Origin: Octopus vulgaris
Lineage: Eukaryota
DNA: 64,000 nucleotides
Reading direction: 5' to 3'
NCBI GenBank assembly: GCA_951406725.2
Contig: OX597814.1
Span: 205,344,001-205,408,000, forward strand
Shown here: in pieces, positions 51,357 through 64,000 of the stretch
Layout: the number at the start of each line of letters is the position of its first letter
Numbering within the stretch: position 1 is the first letter of the stretch
Notes under the pieces: model-generated
What the model saw: the letters and a program-made list of their open reading frames with translations, nothing else
Told to the model about the DNA's origin: nothing
The model's database searches: none
Program-made: the position numbers and the translations under genes

Positions 51357-51929
51357 GGAATATAAGAGATGCCACAACAATATAGCCAGGCCTGTCCATT
51401 GGACACTTTGCAACAAGTATGGACTAGACAGAGCAAAAAATTGGTATGACCACAAGCCTGAAGGCATCGTCGAAAATAGAAATGCAAAGATCCTATGGGA
51501 TTTTATGATTCAGTGCGACCATGAGGTAGAGAATAAGAAACTGAACATAGTCTTAATTGAGAAAGAAAACAAACTATGCTGGATCATAGATATAGCATGC
51601 CCAGCTGACAACAAGGTATGCAATAAGGAAGAAAGAGAAGTCAAGAGATATGACAGGTTAGCTTGGGAAGTTAAGCAGTTGTGGTCGATGAAGAAGGTAG
51701 CAGTAGTACCAATAATTGTCAGAGCCCTGGGAACAGTGAGCAAAAATCTTGAGAAGTACGTGGAACAAATAGGGGTTGCAATAAGAGTGGAGCACTTTCA
51801 GAAAACAGCACTGCTTGGAACTGTTCAAATACTCCGGAAGGAGCTCGAAAAATAAGGAGTGTTACCTTAGTTCACTGGTAGTGAACAGCTGACACCATAG
51901 TACATCTCCTGCATTAGAAGCTGTGCAAA

Positions 51930-51931
<2 letters not shown>
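51356..51931 (+). mobile_element. 5'-truncated R4/Dong-type element inserted in (TAA)n
   Basis: VHWTLCNKYGL..WYDHKPEG..KILWDFMIQCDH..IIDIACPAD..QKTALLGT; (TAA)n on both sides. Confidence 0.85.
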
Positions 51932-51965
<34 letters not shown>

Positions 51966-52682
51966 CATAATAATAATGGTTTCAAATTTTGGCACATGGT
52001 TAGCAATTTTAGGAGGAGTGGTCAGTCAGTTACATCGGTGCCAAAGTTCAACTGTTACTTACCCTGAAAGGAGGAAATGCAAAGTCAACTTCAGCAGGAT
52101 TTAAACTCACATCATACAGAGCCAGAAGATATACCACTAAACATTTTTGCTTGACATGCTAATAATTGTGCCTTCTCATTGCTTTAACTCTACACTAACT
52201 TCATTCAGCCAAAGCCCAAAGCATTATGGGAACTTTGCAATTCTCACAATAACTTTGAAGAAATGCCTTAGATTTGAGCCAAACCAAGTAGCTGAAGACC
52301 ATAAATCTTTACAAATTAATTAGAAATGATTTTTTTTTTTTTAGGGTTTCTGAAACTAGTGGGAGACAAAGAATGAGAAACCATTATTCATCTGTCAATG
52401 TCCCCCAACCATTCTACTTTACTCCCTAAACTTGAGTTGTCCAAAGTGTATCATAGAAGTTTATCAAAGAAGTCCCAGGAGTTATGGAGTAGGATTGAAC
52501 TGAGTAAACAGGATTGCAAATGAACTTCATGCAATAATCATATCAACTCCTGTATGACTGCTTTTCCTCTTTGCCAATTTAATATATATATTATATATAT
52601 ATATTAATTTAGAGATAGTAGGCCCCTACATCTCACCATATAAAAAGAATTTTTATTTTAAATATCTACTGTTTTATTACTT

Positions 52683-52777
52683 GGCTACACGTGTTTCATG
52701 AGGTACATCCCCTGGTTCCTAAATCACTCCGTGTTTTCCTGGAACCCTTCTTAAAATGTAACCCCAATCATCAGGCC
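52683..52777 (-). ncRNA. Type-I hammerhead-ribozyme-like motif
   Basis: Minus strand GGC-CTGATGA-[extended stem II]-GAAAC-ACGT-GTA-GCC. Confidence 0.7.
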
Positions 52778-53285
52778 CTTATATCACTTTATCAACATTC
52801 AATACAATAAACTATATTTTAATTTTTAAAGCCCTTAAGTATGTGTAAAATATGTATGTTTAAATTAGGTTCGCTGGACCCTACAGTAGAAACCATAATT
52901 CAAATAAAAAGTCACAAAAATAAAGTAAGGAATAAAAATGCTAAAAAAATATATGAAAATTTCATTTTTATTCACATTTTTTAATATTTTTTTATATATT
53001 ACTAACATAGCTTTTGCAATTTTTTGTATATTACTAACATAGTTTTTGCAAATTTTAATTTTATTTGGAACACTAACAAAGTTTTTGTAAATTTTCGTAT
53101 ATTTTTTTAGCATTTTTATTCCTTACTTTATTTTTGTAACTTTTATTTGAATTTTTACCTGAATTATGGTTTGTACTGTAGGGTCCAGTGAGCCTAATTT
53201 AAACATACATATTTTACACATACTTAAGGGCTTTAAAAAATTAAAATATAGTTTATTGTATTGAATGTTGATAAAGTGATATAAG

Positions 53286-53380
53286 GGCCTGATGATTGGG
53301 GTCACATTTTAAGAAGGGTTCCAGGAAAACACGGTGTGGTTTAGGAACCGGAGGATGTACCTCATGAAACACGTGTAGCC
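53286..53380 (+). ncRNA. Type-I hammerhead-ribozyme-like motif
   Basis: GGC-CTGATGA-T-TGGGGT..ACAT..GGTTCC...GGAACC..ATGT-ACCTCA-T-GAAAC-ACGT-GTA-GCC; predicted cleavage after A53377. Confidence 0.7.
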
Positions 53381-53752
53381 AAGTAATAAAACAGTAGATA
53401 TTTAAAATAAAAATTCTTTTTATATGGTGAGATGTAGGGGCCTACTATCTTTAAATTAAAATATATTTCTTCATTGAGAATAATTTGAACCTCTGTTATG
53501 CCGGAATTTTTATTCCCTAACAAATAAAATTTATATATATATATATATAAGAGATAATGGTGTCATTGAGACCCAAAGGCATCAAGTAATGCTGAATAAG
53601 TGCTATAGACAGACCATAGTTAAGTTCCAGATTTGGTAATATTGTGAATAAAGGGTTCAGTGTTGGTTCTATGTCATCATGTGTATATAGAATTTTTGTG
53701 TAATAATATAAAAAACCAAGGCTGTATAGATATTAGAGTATTTATAGATAGG

Positions 53753-53802
53753 TCTTACAGCTGTTTCTAGGATATTTATTAATAATATCCCTTCGTCGGA
53801 GA
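53753..53802 (-). ncRNA. Minimal hammerhead-like motif (U4C core)
   Basis: Minus strand TCT-CCGACGA-A-GGGATATT..AATATCCT-A-GAAAC-AGCT-GTA-AGA. Confidence 0.6.
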
Positions 53803-54351
53803 TGGTGTGAGAGGAAAGTTAAGTCATAGTTAGTTTAGATGTGGTACAAAATAGAGAGTGAGATGGTGGAAAGAAAATAGATGCAAGGTGCATATATTTA
53901 TATATGCATGTGTGCATGTATATAATGTCAGTGTAAAAGTGTGCATGTATGTATATATATGTGTATGTGTGAGAGAGAGAGAGAGTGTGTGTGTGTATTG
54001 ATTTAGTACAGTGTGTGACATCTTCTATGAAATAAATGTAATAAAAGAGAATTGGGTATCTTTAGACATGAAATGCATAAATCAATAGGGTATCAGTTCA
54101 TGCATCAAGTGTTTGGATCTGATGAAGGTTCTTCTTTGTGATTCTGGGGCATTACACACCAGATAATTTGAGAATAATCTAAGACTCCTCACCTAAAGAA
54201 AGCAATGAGAAATAACTTCACTGTATTCTTTGGTGAAAATATTTTAGATGCTTTGTTTATAGCATCACCAACAGTTATTTTTAACTGAATATGTACACGC
54301 ACATCTCTCTCTCTTTCTTCATCTCTCTCTCCCTCTTCATATCTCTCACTC

Positions 54352-54507
<156 letters not shown>

Positions 54508-55730
54508 CCATTAGACAACTCACAAATTATTTGCTTTCAGTGTTGAAGGCTCATGTAGGATCAGCCACACACTTTGGAAATTCTGATAGCAGAAAGTTGG
54601 AGTAAATGTTTGCTGCAAACTCAGTGAACAACATACTTTCAAACTGAAATGATAGTCATCTTTGGAAGCATCTTAGAAGGCATGTGGCCTGGCAGTTAGG
54701 ATGTTACATTTAGGGCTATAAGATCATGGTTTCAATCCCTGAACTGGGTGGTGTATTGTGTTTTTGAGCATGACATTTTCTTTCATGCTGCTCCAGTTCC
54801 CTCAGTAAATGAAGAATCCTGTCACAGACCGGCATCCTGTTTGCAGAGAATGTTGTGATCTCAGTAACGTAATAGCCATATAGTCCTGGTAATCAGCCTT
54901 ATGAATACTAGGACTTGAGACAGTCCTTAATTACTTACCTGGGATGCAAAATGCAGTTTCTTTTCTGTATGATTGACAAAACTTTCTCATTTCAAATGCT
55001 TAGAAGGCATCTAAGATGTTTAAGATACTAAAATTTCCAATACAATTCATTATTCACTTCAAAAGAGATACAACGTCAGTAGTAATAGATGATCTAATAC
55101 CAGAAGAGTATGCAAGAAGCATAACTGATTTATAAATAATCAGTTATTGTTATAACACAATGGCTTTGTAGTGTTTTTTTTTTTACTTTGATTCATCTAA
55201 TGAAGGACTCTTCAGGTGCCAAAATGTCTGGCAGATATGAAAAGTATAAACTTTTGATAGCAAATGGACCAAAAGGTTACACTTGAATAGAACAGTGTTT
55301 ATTTTACAGGATAATTTAAAGAAGCTTTCCTCTCTTCTCTCTTGTAAATAAAATGGTTCTAATATAAGCGTGGATAATGGCGATAACATTGTTGTTTCCA
55401 TTTTTGTTCTTATTATAGACTATAATTTCTAGGGTATTAACTTATTCTTTTGTTGTAGTTTTTTTTTTTTAGAATGAGTGAAGGCACATGGTCTAGTGGT
55501 TAGGGTGTTGCACTCTTGATTATAAAATCACAGTTTCCATTTCCAGAGTGGGCAGTGCATTCTGTATTTTTAGCAAAACATTTCGTTTCACACAGCTTCA
55601 GTCTACTTAGCTATAAATCAATAACCCTGTGATGAACTGATGGCATCCACTTCAGAGAGTGTTGTGAACTTGGTCACTTGTATGCCATGGAAATCTGGTA
55701 AATGGCCCTGCGAGTTTTAGAGCTCTAGAC

Positions 55731-55915
55731 CAGGGATCTCCGAAGTGGTTGATATTGACCCCTGGGGGTTGATGGGACTATTCAAGGGGTCAATAAATGC
55801 ACATTTACTTAATTATTATTAGTATTTATTTATTTTCTTGTACATGCCTGGGGGTCGATGAGGGGTCAAGGATTCCATGAAAGGGTCAATGGTCTAAAAA
55901 GTTTGGGAACCCCTG
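55731..55915. mobile_element. hAT (Charlie-like) MITE, 185 bp
   Basis: CAGGG...CCCTG termini; perfect 8 bp TSD CTCTAGAC (55723-55730 and 55916-55923). Confidence 0.85.
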
Positions 55916-57924
55916 CTCTAGACAATAATGTTCAGGGAGCCACATAAAGAACTACATCCTAAACTCATAAATCCTCAGCAGACATGAGACTAAACAAGAA
56001 CGAAGAAAGGCTGAATGCTTAAAGCAATCACAGATGGCCAGTGTACACACAGCCACAAACACACATACAAGCAGTTACACAGGTGTGCAAACACAAACAT
56101 GCACATGCACATATACACACACACACACACAAACACACACACATAGATCCCTTGTTTACTCCCACCCTTACCTCCTCTTCTAAGCAAACATGTATACACA
56201 TACACAAAAACACAAGCCTTGGAGTGAGAGGGGAAGTCACTAAGTCACTGTAAAAGTTGTGAACTGTGACGAAAGAACTTTGACTAACAAACAACCTATT
56301 GAATTTTAATCCGTTCTTCTATCATTTATTTCTGTTCTGTAACAGTTGGTACAGGACCGGGCTTTCGACTTGGAATATTTTTAATGGAAAAATACGAGTT
56401 AATATGAGTTGTAGTGATGCAAATTTCCACCTCAAGTGGACCCAATGACACTTTGCATACTCAACAAAATAAGCATTTTCTTAAATCTATTGAATTATTA
56501 ACCCCTATTTGGTCATGTGGTGGATGATTAAGTATGCAGAATAAAATGGTAAACTTTGTGTTCTTTTTCTTGGCAAAACCATTCAAAATAAACTTATCTA
56601 GATATTGGTGAATGTAATCAAAGCTAAGATTGTATAGGTTGGGAAAAGCGCATAATACTTTTCTTTAATCATTGACTACATTCCTGATGTAAATCACTTG
56701 GAACCAATAACAACTGTAATACAATTTGTAGGCATCTAGTAGTTTTCATGACCATGAACATAGCAGAGCATTTTTAGGGGAGTTTATTTAACAGTAATTA
56801 TTCTCTTATAGCTGTAGTAAACCTGTCCTTAAATTTAGATGACATTCAAGAGTAATGCTACGATCCTGGAAGCAACATGAAAAACAAACTTAAAAGTATT
56901 CAGACTCAAACTTTAGACTTGAACCATTCTCTCCTTTTACCATTGTTCATCCCGCTTCCTAAAATCATCACCCACTCTCTTGTATTTATCCTAGTTAGAG
57001 GGGATACTGTAGACCTTTAGTCTTGCAAGTTACAATGTGATTAAAACTTTAGCTAGTGTCATCAAAAAAGTATCCAGTATACTCTGTGAAGTAGTTGGCA
57101 TGAGAAAGGGCATCCAGCCAGCCACAGAAGCCATGCTGGTGTAGATATTGGTGCAAGATGCAGTCCTCTGACTTGTCAGATCCTATCAAACCATCCAAAC
57201 AATGTTAATGTGGAAGCTAGATATCAAATGATGATGATGAAGGTGGTGGTGGTCATCGTCATGGTGGTGATGATGATAAAATCAAGAGCATCTTTCATTC
57301 CCTGCACTACTCCTTGATTAGATATGATTGTCAATAACCACAGTAAGTTTTTGCATGGAGGTTACAGTAATTTTTGATTCCATACAAAAAGCTGTATGTC
57401 TTCTTTTCAAGTTTGATGCATCATTGAAATATATTCACGAAACTTTGAAACTCTGAACTCTTAAACCAAGAAGATTCTGTTCAAATATTGCAATTACTCC
57501 AAGAATTCTTTTAACCCTTTCACTTAATGTTGTAAAGGGGAAGAGGAATTTCTCTAAACTTCAACTCGTCAATTATGAGAGAGTGGGTAAGTCAATTACA
57601 CTGACCCCAGTGCTCAGGACAAAAGGCAAACTTAACCTTGACTGAATTTGAATTCAACACGTAAAGATTGATGAAATGCCACTAAGCAGTATGGTTTTGC
57701 TAGCTCACCGTCCTCCAAAACCTATTTATTATGAACAATAAAGTAGAGCTCGACTCTCTCTCTGTTGGCTACAATTTCTACTGAAGAGATATACATGGCA
57801 TATGATATGAATTTAAAACATTGTATGAAAAGATGCAAAGGCAGCAAAATTAATATTTTGACTTATTTAAGTCAAGATCACCAATTGTCTTACTAAATTC
57901 TTGTAAAAATTTCTGACGTTTTTT

Positions 57925-59120
57925 GTTGTAGTGGTTGTGCAAGCTATGGACACATAAGAGATGCAGCAATATTAAAGGAAGGTTAACTGAGAAAATAGAT
58001 TTTGTGTGTGGAAGGTGCACAAGTACAATAAACACTAAAAATGTATCGAAAATAAACTTCATCAAATACCAGTAGGGTAAGCTAGGGATAGTTGATAGCT
58101 TCCATTACCTAGGTGACCAAATTAGCAGTAGAGGTGGATACTCTGAGAGTGTAGTTGCGAGAATAAGAATAGGCTGGACAAAGTTCAGAGAGCTCCTACC
58201 TCTGTTGGCAATAAAGGGCCTCCCCTTCAGAGTGAAAAGCAGACTGTATGATGCCTGTGTGTGAACAACTATGCTACATGGCAGTGAAACATGGGCTGCG
58301 ACTGCTGAGGACATGTGTAGGCTTGAAAGAAATGAAGCTAGCATGCTTTGCTGGATGTGCAATGTCATTGCACATGTACGACAGTGTGTAAGCATTTTGA
58401 GAGAAAGGTTGGGTATAAGAGACATCAGATGTGTTGTGCGAGATAGACAACTGTACTGGTGTGGTCATGTGTTGCATATGGATGAGGACAACTGTGTAAA
58501 GAAGTGCCAATCTCTAACTGTGGAGAGAACCTGTGGAAGAGGTAGACCCAGAAAGACATGAGATGAGGTGGTGAAGCATGATCCTTGAACGTTGGGCCTC
58601 GTGGATGCAATGACTAGTGACCAAGATCCTTGATGTTATGCTGTATGTGAGAAGGCCTGTCAAGCCAAGTGAAATTGTAGTTTTTGATGATGCTGGTGTT
58701 TTGTAATTGACACTTGTGCTGGTGGCACATAAAAAGCACTTTTCGGGCATTGGGCCTCATGGAAGCAATATAGTGTCACATAACTAGCACCTATACTGGT
58801 GACACATAAAAACAACCTTTCGAGTGTTGGGCCTCACGAAAGCAATGATAAATGACCAAGACCTTTGGCAATCAAGCCATGTGAAATTGTAGTCATGGCA
58901 GATACTGGTAGCGAGCAACTGGCACCCGTGCCGGTGGCATGTAAAAGCACCCACTACACTCTTAGACTGGTTGGTGTTAGGAAGGGCATCTAGCCATAGA
59001 AACCATGCCAGATCAGATTGGAATCTGGTGCAGCCCCTCAGCTTGCCAACCCTGGTCAAACTGTCCAACTCATGTCAGCATGGACAACAGACGTTAAATG
59101 ATGAGGATGATGATGATGAT
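57925..59120 (+). mobile_element. Older 5'-truncated RTE LINE (same family as 38576-40812)
   Basis: CKLWTHKRCSN..CGRC, MLHGSETWAATAED, CGRGRPRKT, (GAT)n tail. Confidence 0.85.
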
Positions 59121-60127
59121 GTGTTATAGTGATTTTTGTTAGTTATTTCTTTTGGTACAAATTGTGATGCATGGAACATTTTCTAAAATATCATAAATCC
59201 TTCATTGCTAATGAATTTGATAAGCAACTGAAGACAGACCAGGAGAGGAGGAATGGAAGTTTGTTACTGTGTGATACTGTTTCCTCTGCTGCTCTTGCAC
59301 TGTATTTTTGTAACGTTATAACATTGTACAATAAATCATATTTATAAAAGGGTACATACACAGATAGATAGATAAAGACAGATAAGCACATAAACAGACA
59401 GGTAGATAGATAAATAGATAGATAGGCAAATAGAGAGATAGTGAGTCTGACAGACATATACACAGATAGATTGATGAATAGATTGATAGAACTCTGTACA
59501 TGAGTATGTGTACTTTTTTTTATATTTTTAATTGGGCAGAAAGTTACCAGTCAGTTTGCTAAGTGCTATACAGGAATTCTCAATCCTCAGCTTCTGAGTT
59601 ACTTTTGTGACAGTATTCATAGTTTACTATAATTTCCAACTACTTAAATCTTTGATACATACAAAGTAAAAAAAAACCAACAACATAAAAAACAAAGAGA
59701 CTGAAAGAAAATCTGGTAAAAAACACGTGGATAATATCAGATACCAAGTGCCAACTTCCAGACAAATTTTTTCATTGAAATATTCCATTCATGACAACCG
59801 TCTTTCCTTACAAGCTTCAGTGAAACTGGAGGAAATAAACGTTTACCTTAATACTTCCTATGTTTATTGTAACCTTTAAACTAGAAAAACTTCTCTCTTC
59901 CCTTTTGAAAAATTTATAAAAATGATTATGTTTTCCTTCCTTTGTATAATTATAACTAAAATAAAATTTTCTTCACTTCATTAGGGGCTGCCCAGATATT
60001 CTTTACAGATCCTCTAACTGTTTATAAAATGTTCCATTTATACTTGTGAATTTCTTTATATTTTGTATAGACTTCCTTCCTGATAATGTTACTGTAAATC
60101 ATCTAAAATCTATCTCTCTATATTAAA

Positions 60128-60409
60128 CAGAGGTATGTTAAATGAGTTCCTTCCATAGAGTATCATAAAAGACAGTGTTTGGTGGAGCCATTACCAAATC
60201 TCTGACTTCTATGATAATGGCTGGTGGGAGTGAATCAATGATATGTGCTGCTCAAGTCACTTCCGGTTTGCAGCAAACAGTACTTCAATGTGTGTGAACC
60301 ATAGAACCAGGTCATGCATCCCAGAGAATAGTGGTGCTTTTAAGATGATCAGAGACTGAGCCATATCTGTAGATGAAGGTGTTGATGTGCTGTGTACTGG
60401 GTGGAACAT
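60128..60409 (-). pseudogene. gag: Degenerate Gypsy gag N-terminal fragment (CsRn1/Kabuki-like)
   Basis: LKAPLF..HDLVLWFTHIEVLFAAN and IIDSLPPAIIIEVRDLVMAPPNTVFYDTL, resembling the P-F-DP-LWF-E-F / SLP-EV-D-PP-Y-LK gag signature. Confidence 0.65.
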
Positions 60410-61296
60410 AAATAAGTTGGGATATTAATAGGAAGTTCAATTGTTGTGTATACTGTGTGATTCATCAGTCACCAAATTTAACAAATAAATTGTTTCTGAA
60501 TATATAGAAATGACAAAAGATAGTCCTATACTCATTATGGATTTTATTCAATTGTTATGTTATTACCCAGCTGTAAAAATAAATATTTGTATTATAGTTG
60601 AGTTTTACATTGAAAATCTCTTGTCCAGTTTGTAGCAGTGATTTGAAACCAAACTGCCAGATAATTGGTCATGCATCACAACTGAACCACTGCAGTTTCA
60701 TATGATTGGTCTATTAAACAACCAATCAGCATCAAGCCATCATGTAATTCAGTTTTCTAGAACCTTCAAGTTCCCTATAAAAAGCCATTTGTAGTGATAA
60801 TTGCAGAATGCTGAGGTAGCTACATGAAGTGTCTCCATTCCTGCCACAGCCAGATGACCCAGGAAGATGGTTAAGACTGATGGCAGATAGATAATAGGAA
60901 TCTCTGTCACCATGTATATAGCACAATTGTTTCCAGTTAATTTGGGCCAGCCACATATTGCCATTATCTCCCAGTAGTTCTTGCTGTTGTTATTTGGAAA
61001 AGACTAACACAGTGTAACACTATGTGCAACAATAAAATCTTCTGGCAAATGTTTGTGGATGTCATTCAGTTACTTTTTCATACAGCCCAAGAAACACATT
61101 TTCATTCACTGCTGGCAAAATTTTTAACTAACTAAAGGTGACAGAAAGAAACTTTTTGAAAGGAACTGAATGTTTTTTTTTTCATTTTTTTTTTTTTTTC
61201 ATGTATCACTAATCTATACCTGTGTTAAAATCAAACTAGATCACTGAAATCAGAATTGAATGAGCATATTCAGATTCACATGTGTTTAACATAAGA

Positions 61297-61955
61297 TCAT
61301 CATCATCATCATCGTTTAACGTCCATTTTTCGCGCTAGCACGGGTTGGACGGTTCGATCGGGGTCTGGGGAGCCAGGGGCTGCTCCAGGCTCCAGTCTGA
61401 TCTGGCAGTGTTTCTACAGCTGGATGCCCTTCCTAATGCCAACCACTCCGCGAGTGTACTGGGTGCTTTTTACGTGCCACCTGCACAGGTGCCAGAGGGG
61501 TCTGGCATTGGCCACGATCGGTTGGTGCTTTTTTATGTGCCACCGGCACAGGAGCCAGTCGAGGCGGTGCTGGCATCGGCCACGTTCGGATGGTGCTTTT
61601 TATGTGCCACCGGCACAGAAGCCAGTCTGGGCGGTGCTGGCATCAGCCATGTTTGGATGGTGCTTTTTATGTGCCACCGGGACAGAAGCCATTCGAGGCG
61701 GGGTTGGCATCGGTCACGTTTGGATGGTGCTTTTTATGTGCCACCAGCACAGAAGCCAGTGGAGGCTGCACTGGCAACGGCCATGTTCAGATGGTGCTTT
61801 TTATGTGTCACTGGCACAGGTATCACAACTACTGTTTCCATTGATATTTGGTTCGATGTTCATGTACATGCACTTGAATCAACAGGTCTCCTCAAGCACA
61901 GCGAGATGTTCCGGGATCCCACGATCGGTTGGTGCTTTTTATGTGCCACCGGCAC
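61297..61955 (-). mobile_element. RTE-tail copy with several internal ~64 bp repeats
   Basis: Same core and (CAT)n tail; repeated GGATGGTGCTTTTTATGTGCCACCGGCACAG. Confidence 0.85.
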
Positions 61956-63339
61956 GATGATGGTGAATTTGAGAGGTTAAGCAAATGGATTTCGAGAGCA
62001 AAGTCTGAGAACAAGCAAAACAAATATGAACACTCTGGTTTTGATCCATGGTCACGGACCCATTATATATCTTCTACAAGTGAGTCACTAAATAAATGCA
62101 TAAAAATGTAAAACTTAAAATATTGAGTAAATAAATTACTCTGGAATGCTCTCAAAATGAAAACATCATAGTCAAGTTTGAGTTAAAGTAGCATTAGACA
62201 TGTTAACTAGAAATAATTATACAATGAGGATAAAAAGTAATATCAATCATTGACTAATATTATTTTTAATCTACCAGCAAGTAAATGAAACAACTATGCA
62301 ATTTTCTTTAGTCATTAGAGTTAAGGTCATGCTAGAGCACTGACCCTGTAGATTTTGGGCAGTTTGCCTGTTTTCATGGTAACTAATGAAGAAATTAGAT
62401 TTTTTAGTAAATCAAGAAGCTTAAGCTCACCTAGACAGTTATTCCTGTTCATCATATTCATATACAGTCAAACAGTTTCTATAGAAGTCCAAATTATCAA
62501 GTCAAAATCTAACAGTTTTTCCGATATCAAATCTGATATGAAGTATAAGTGTCTACAGTTCTGAAGAGATCCAGTTTCCCTCTGAATCCTTTCTTTTTTT
62601 CAGAAAATAATCTTGTCAGACTTATTACTCAGAAAGTTTGAAAAGGAAGGGAGGAAAATGATGGAGGAGAAGGCGGTGATATAAATAGACTCTTTGATTA
62701 TAAAAAGAAGCAAACTGAATGTTTCAAATCTTCAGCATCACCACTATTTGTTCAAACAGATGGAACAAACAGTGTTAATGAGAGAAATTCAATACATTTA
62801 CTTGAACTGTTAGACACAGCAGCTAAATTTCTTCCTTTGTATAATATACATTGTTTTTATTAACAATATAGTTTCACATGAAGAAAGAAAAGAAGAAAAA
62901 CATTAAGAGTATAAAAGATCAAGTTATTGAGGAATCAACCACACTGAGGAAAGAAAGAGAAAGGAAAAAAAGGGTGGGGGTAGTTAAACAGCAGAAGATG
63001 AACAGGGAGTAACGGGTTGTACAGCCCAGAAAAAAGGGCTTGTTTAGCTGTGCCTCATGGACGGGATTGCAAAGGTGTTGCCACAGAGAATGGCCAATGA
63101 CACTCACTGCAGCCACCCAACCTCATGCAGCTTATTTTTCAGACAGGCTGCAGTTATCCCAATTTTGCAGAGGGAATCAGTAGTGGAGTGTCTGAGAATA
63201 CCTGAGGTCTTGATTGTGACCTGCACAAGCTGATAGTGGCCAGTCAGGCTGTTGTGTTTGTTTGTATCATTATAACTGAAATAGAAATATCAGTTTCATT
63301 AGGGGTTGTCTTGACGTTCCTTACAAATCTTCTAACTGT

Positions 63340-63552
63340 TTACTCTTTTACTTGTTTCAGTCATTTGACTGCAGCCATGCTGGAGCACTGCCTTTAGTTG
63401 AGCAACTCGACCCTGGGACTTATTCTTTGTAAGCCTAGTACTTATTCTGTCGGTCTCTTTTGCCAAACCGCTAAGTAACGGGGACGTAAACACACCAGCA
63501 TTGGTTGTCAAGCAATGGTAGGGGGACAAACACAGACACACAAACATACACG

Positions 63553-63584
<32 letters not shown>

Positions 63585-63748
63585 CGACGGGCTTCTTTCA
63601 GTTTCCGTCTACCAAATCCACTCACAAGGCATTGGTCGGTCTGGGGCTATAGCAGAAGACACTTGCCCAAGATGCCACGCAGTGGGACTGAACCCGGAAC
63701 AATGTGGTTGGTTAGCAAGCTACTTGCCACACAGCCACTCTTGCACCT
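63340..63748 (-). mobile_element. tRNA-derived SINE (family A)
   Basis: Reverse-complement homolog of 4659-5060. Confidence 0.85.
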
Positions 63749-64000
63749 AACTGTTTATAAAAAGCTTCATTCATGCTCAGAACTACTGTATGTGTCTGTA
63801 CAGACTACTTCCTGATTACTTTACAATATGTTACGTAAGACTCTTATAGAAAACTTAAATGATATCATATAAGTTTCAAATCACATAGGTTTGAAGGGGC
63901 AATCACATAAGTTTCAAGAAAATTCAAATGTCTCTGTGCTAACAGTATGTTTCAGTCATGTGATCACGTGACCAACCAGCCTATCAGATTTTGTTACACA

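Larger units (their letters stand above)
52604..53459. mobile_element. ~860 bp palindrome of two inverted Penelope-like pLTRs, in (TA)n context
   Basis: Arms 52604-52962 and 53089-53459 are near-perfect reverse complements; each carries a hammerhead-like motif; the spacer has ~33 bp repeats. Confidence 0.8.

Noticed and set aside
54933-54942. U1 snRNA 5' end (ACTTACCTGG)
   Set aside because: The downstream sequence does not resemble U1; it is the complement of a splice donor.

Overview
AT-rich, microsatellite-dense eukaryotic DNA. The repeat families (tRNA-headed SINEs, RTE LINEs with (GAT)n tails, R4/Dong, Tx1-like, CR1/L2-group, Tc1/mariner) suggest a coleoid cephalopod, probably Octopus; this is inferred from remembered repeat families, not from a search. 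I could not assemble an intact host protein-coding gene, and most ORF-track entries are microsatellite or TE artefacts. Main observations: (1) about 10 minimal type-I hammerhead-ribozyme-like motifs from at least 5 unrelated Penelope-pLTR-like repeat families, including an ~860 bp palindrome carrying two of them and a family with a compensatory U3-A8 core; (2) an intron-containing tRNA-Lys(UUU) fused directly to a 5'-truncated LINE; (3) a head-to-head pair of paralogous NRF1-motif promoter/first-exon modules at 19.0-19.7 kb, and an inverted pair of decayed membrane-protein terminal exons at 21.2-22.0 kb; (4) a young 2,967 bp Mag-like Gypsy element (99% identical LTRs, 5 bp TSD) that lacks RT and RNase H; (5) a rearranged LTR element rich in promoter motifs, inserted in a mariner transposase.
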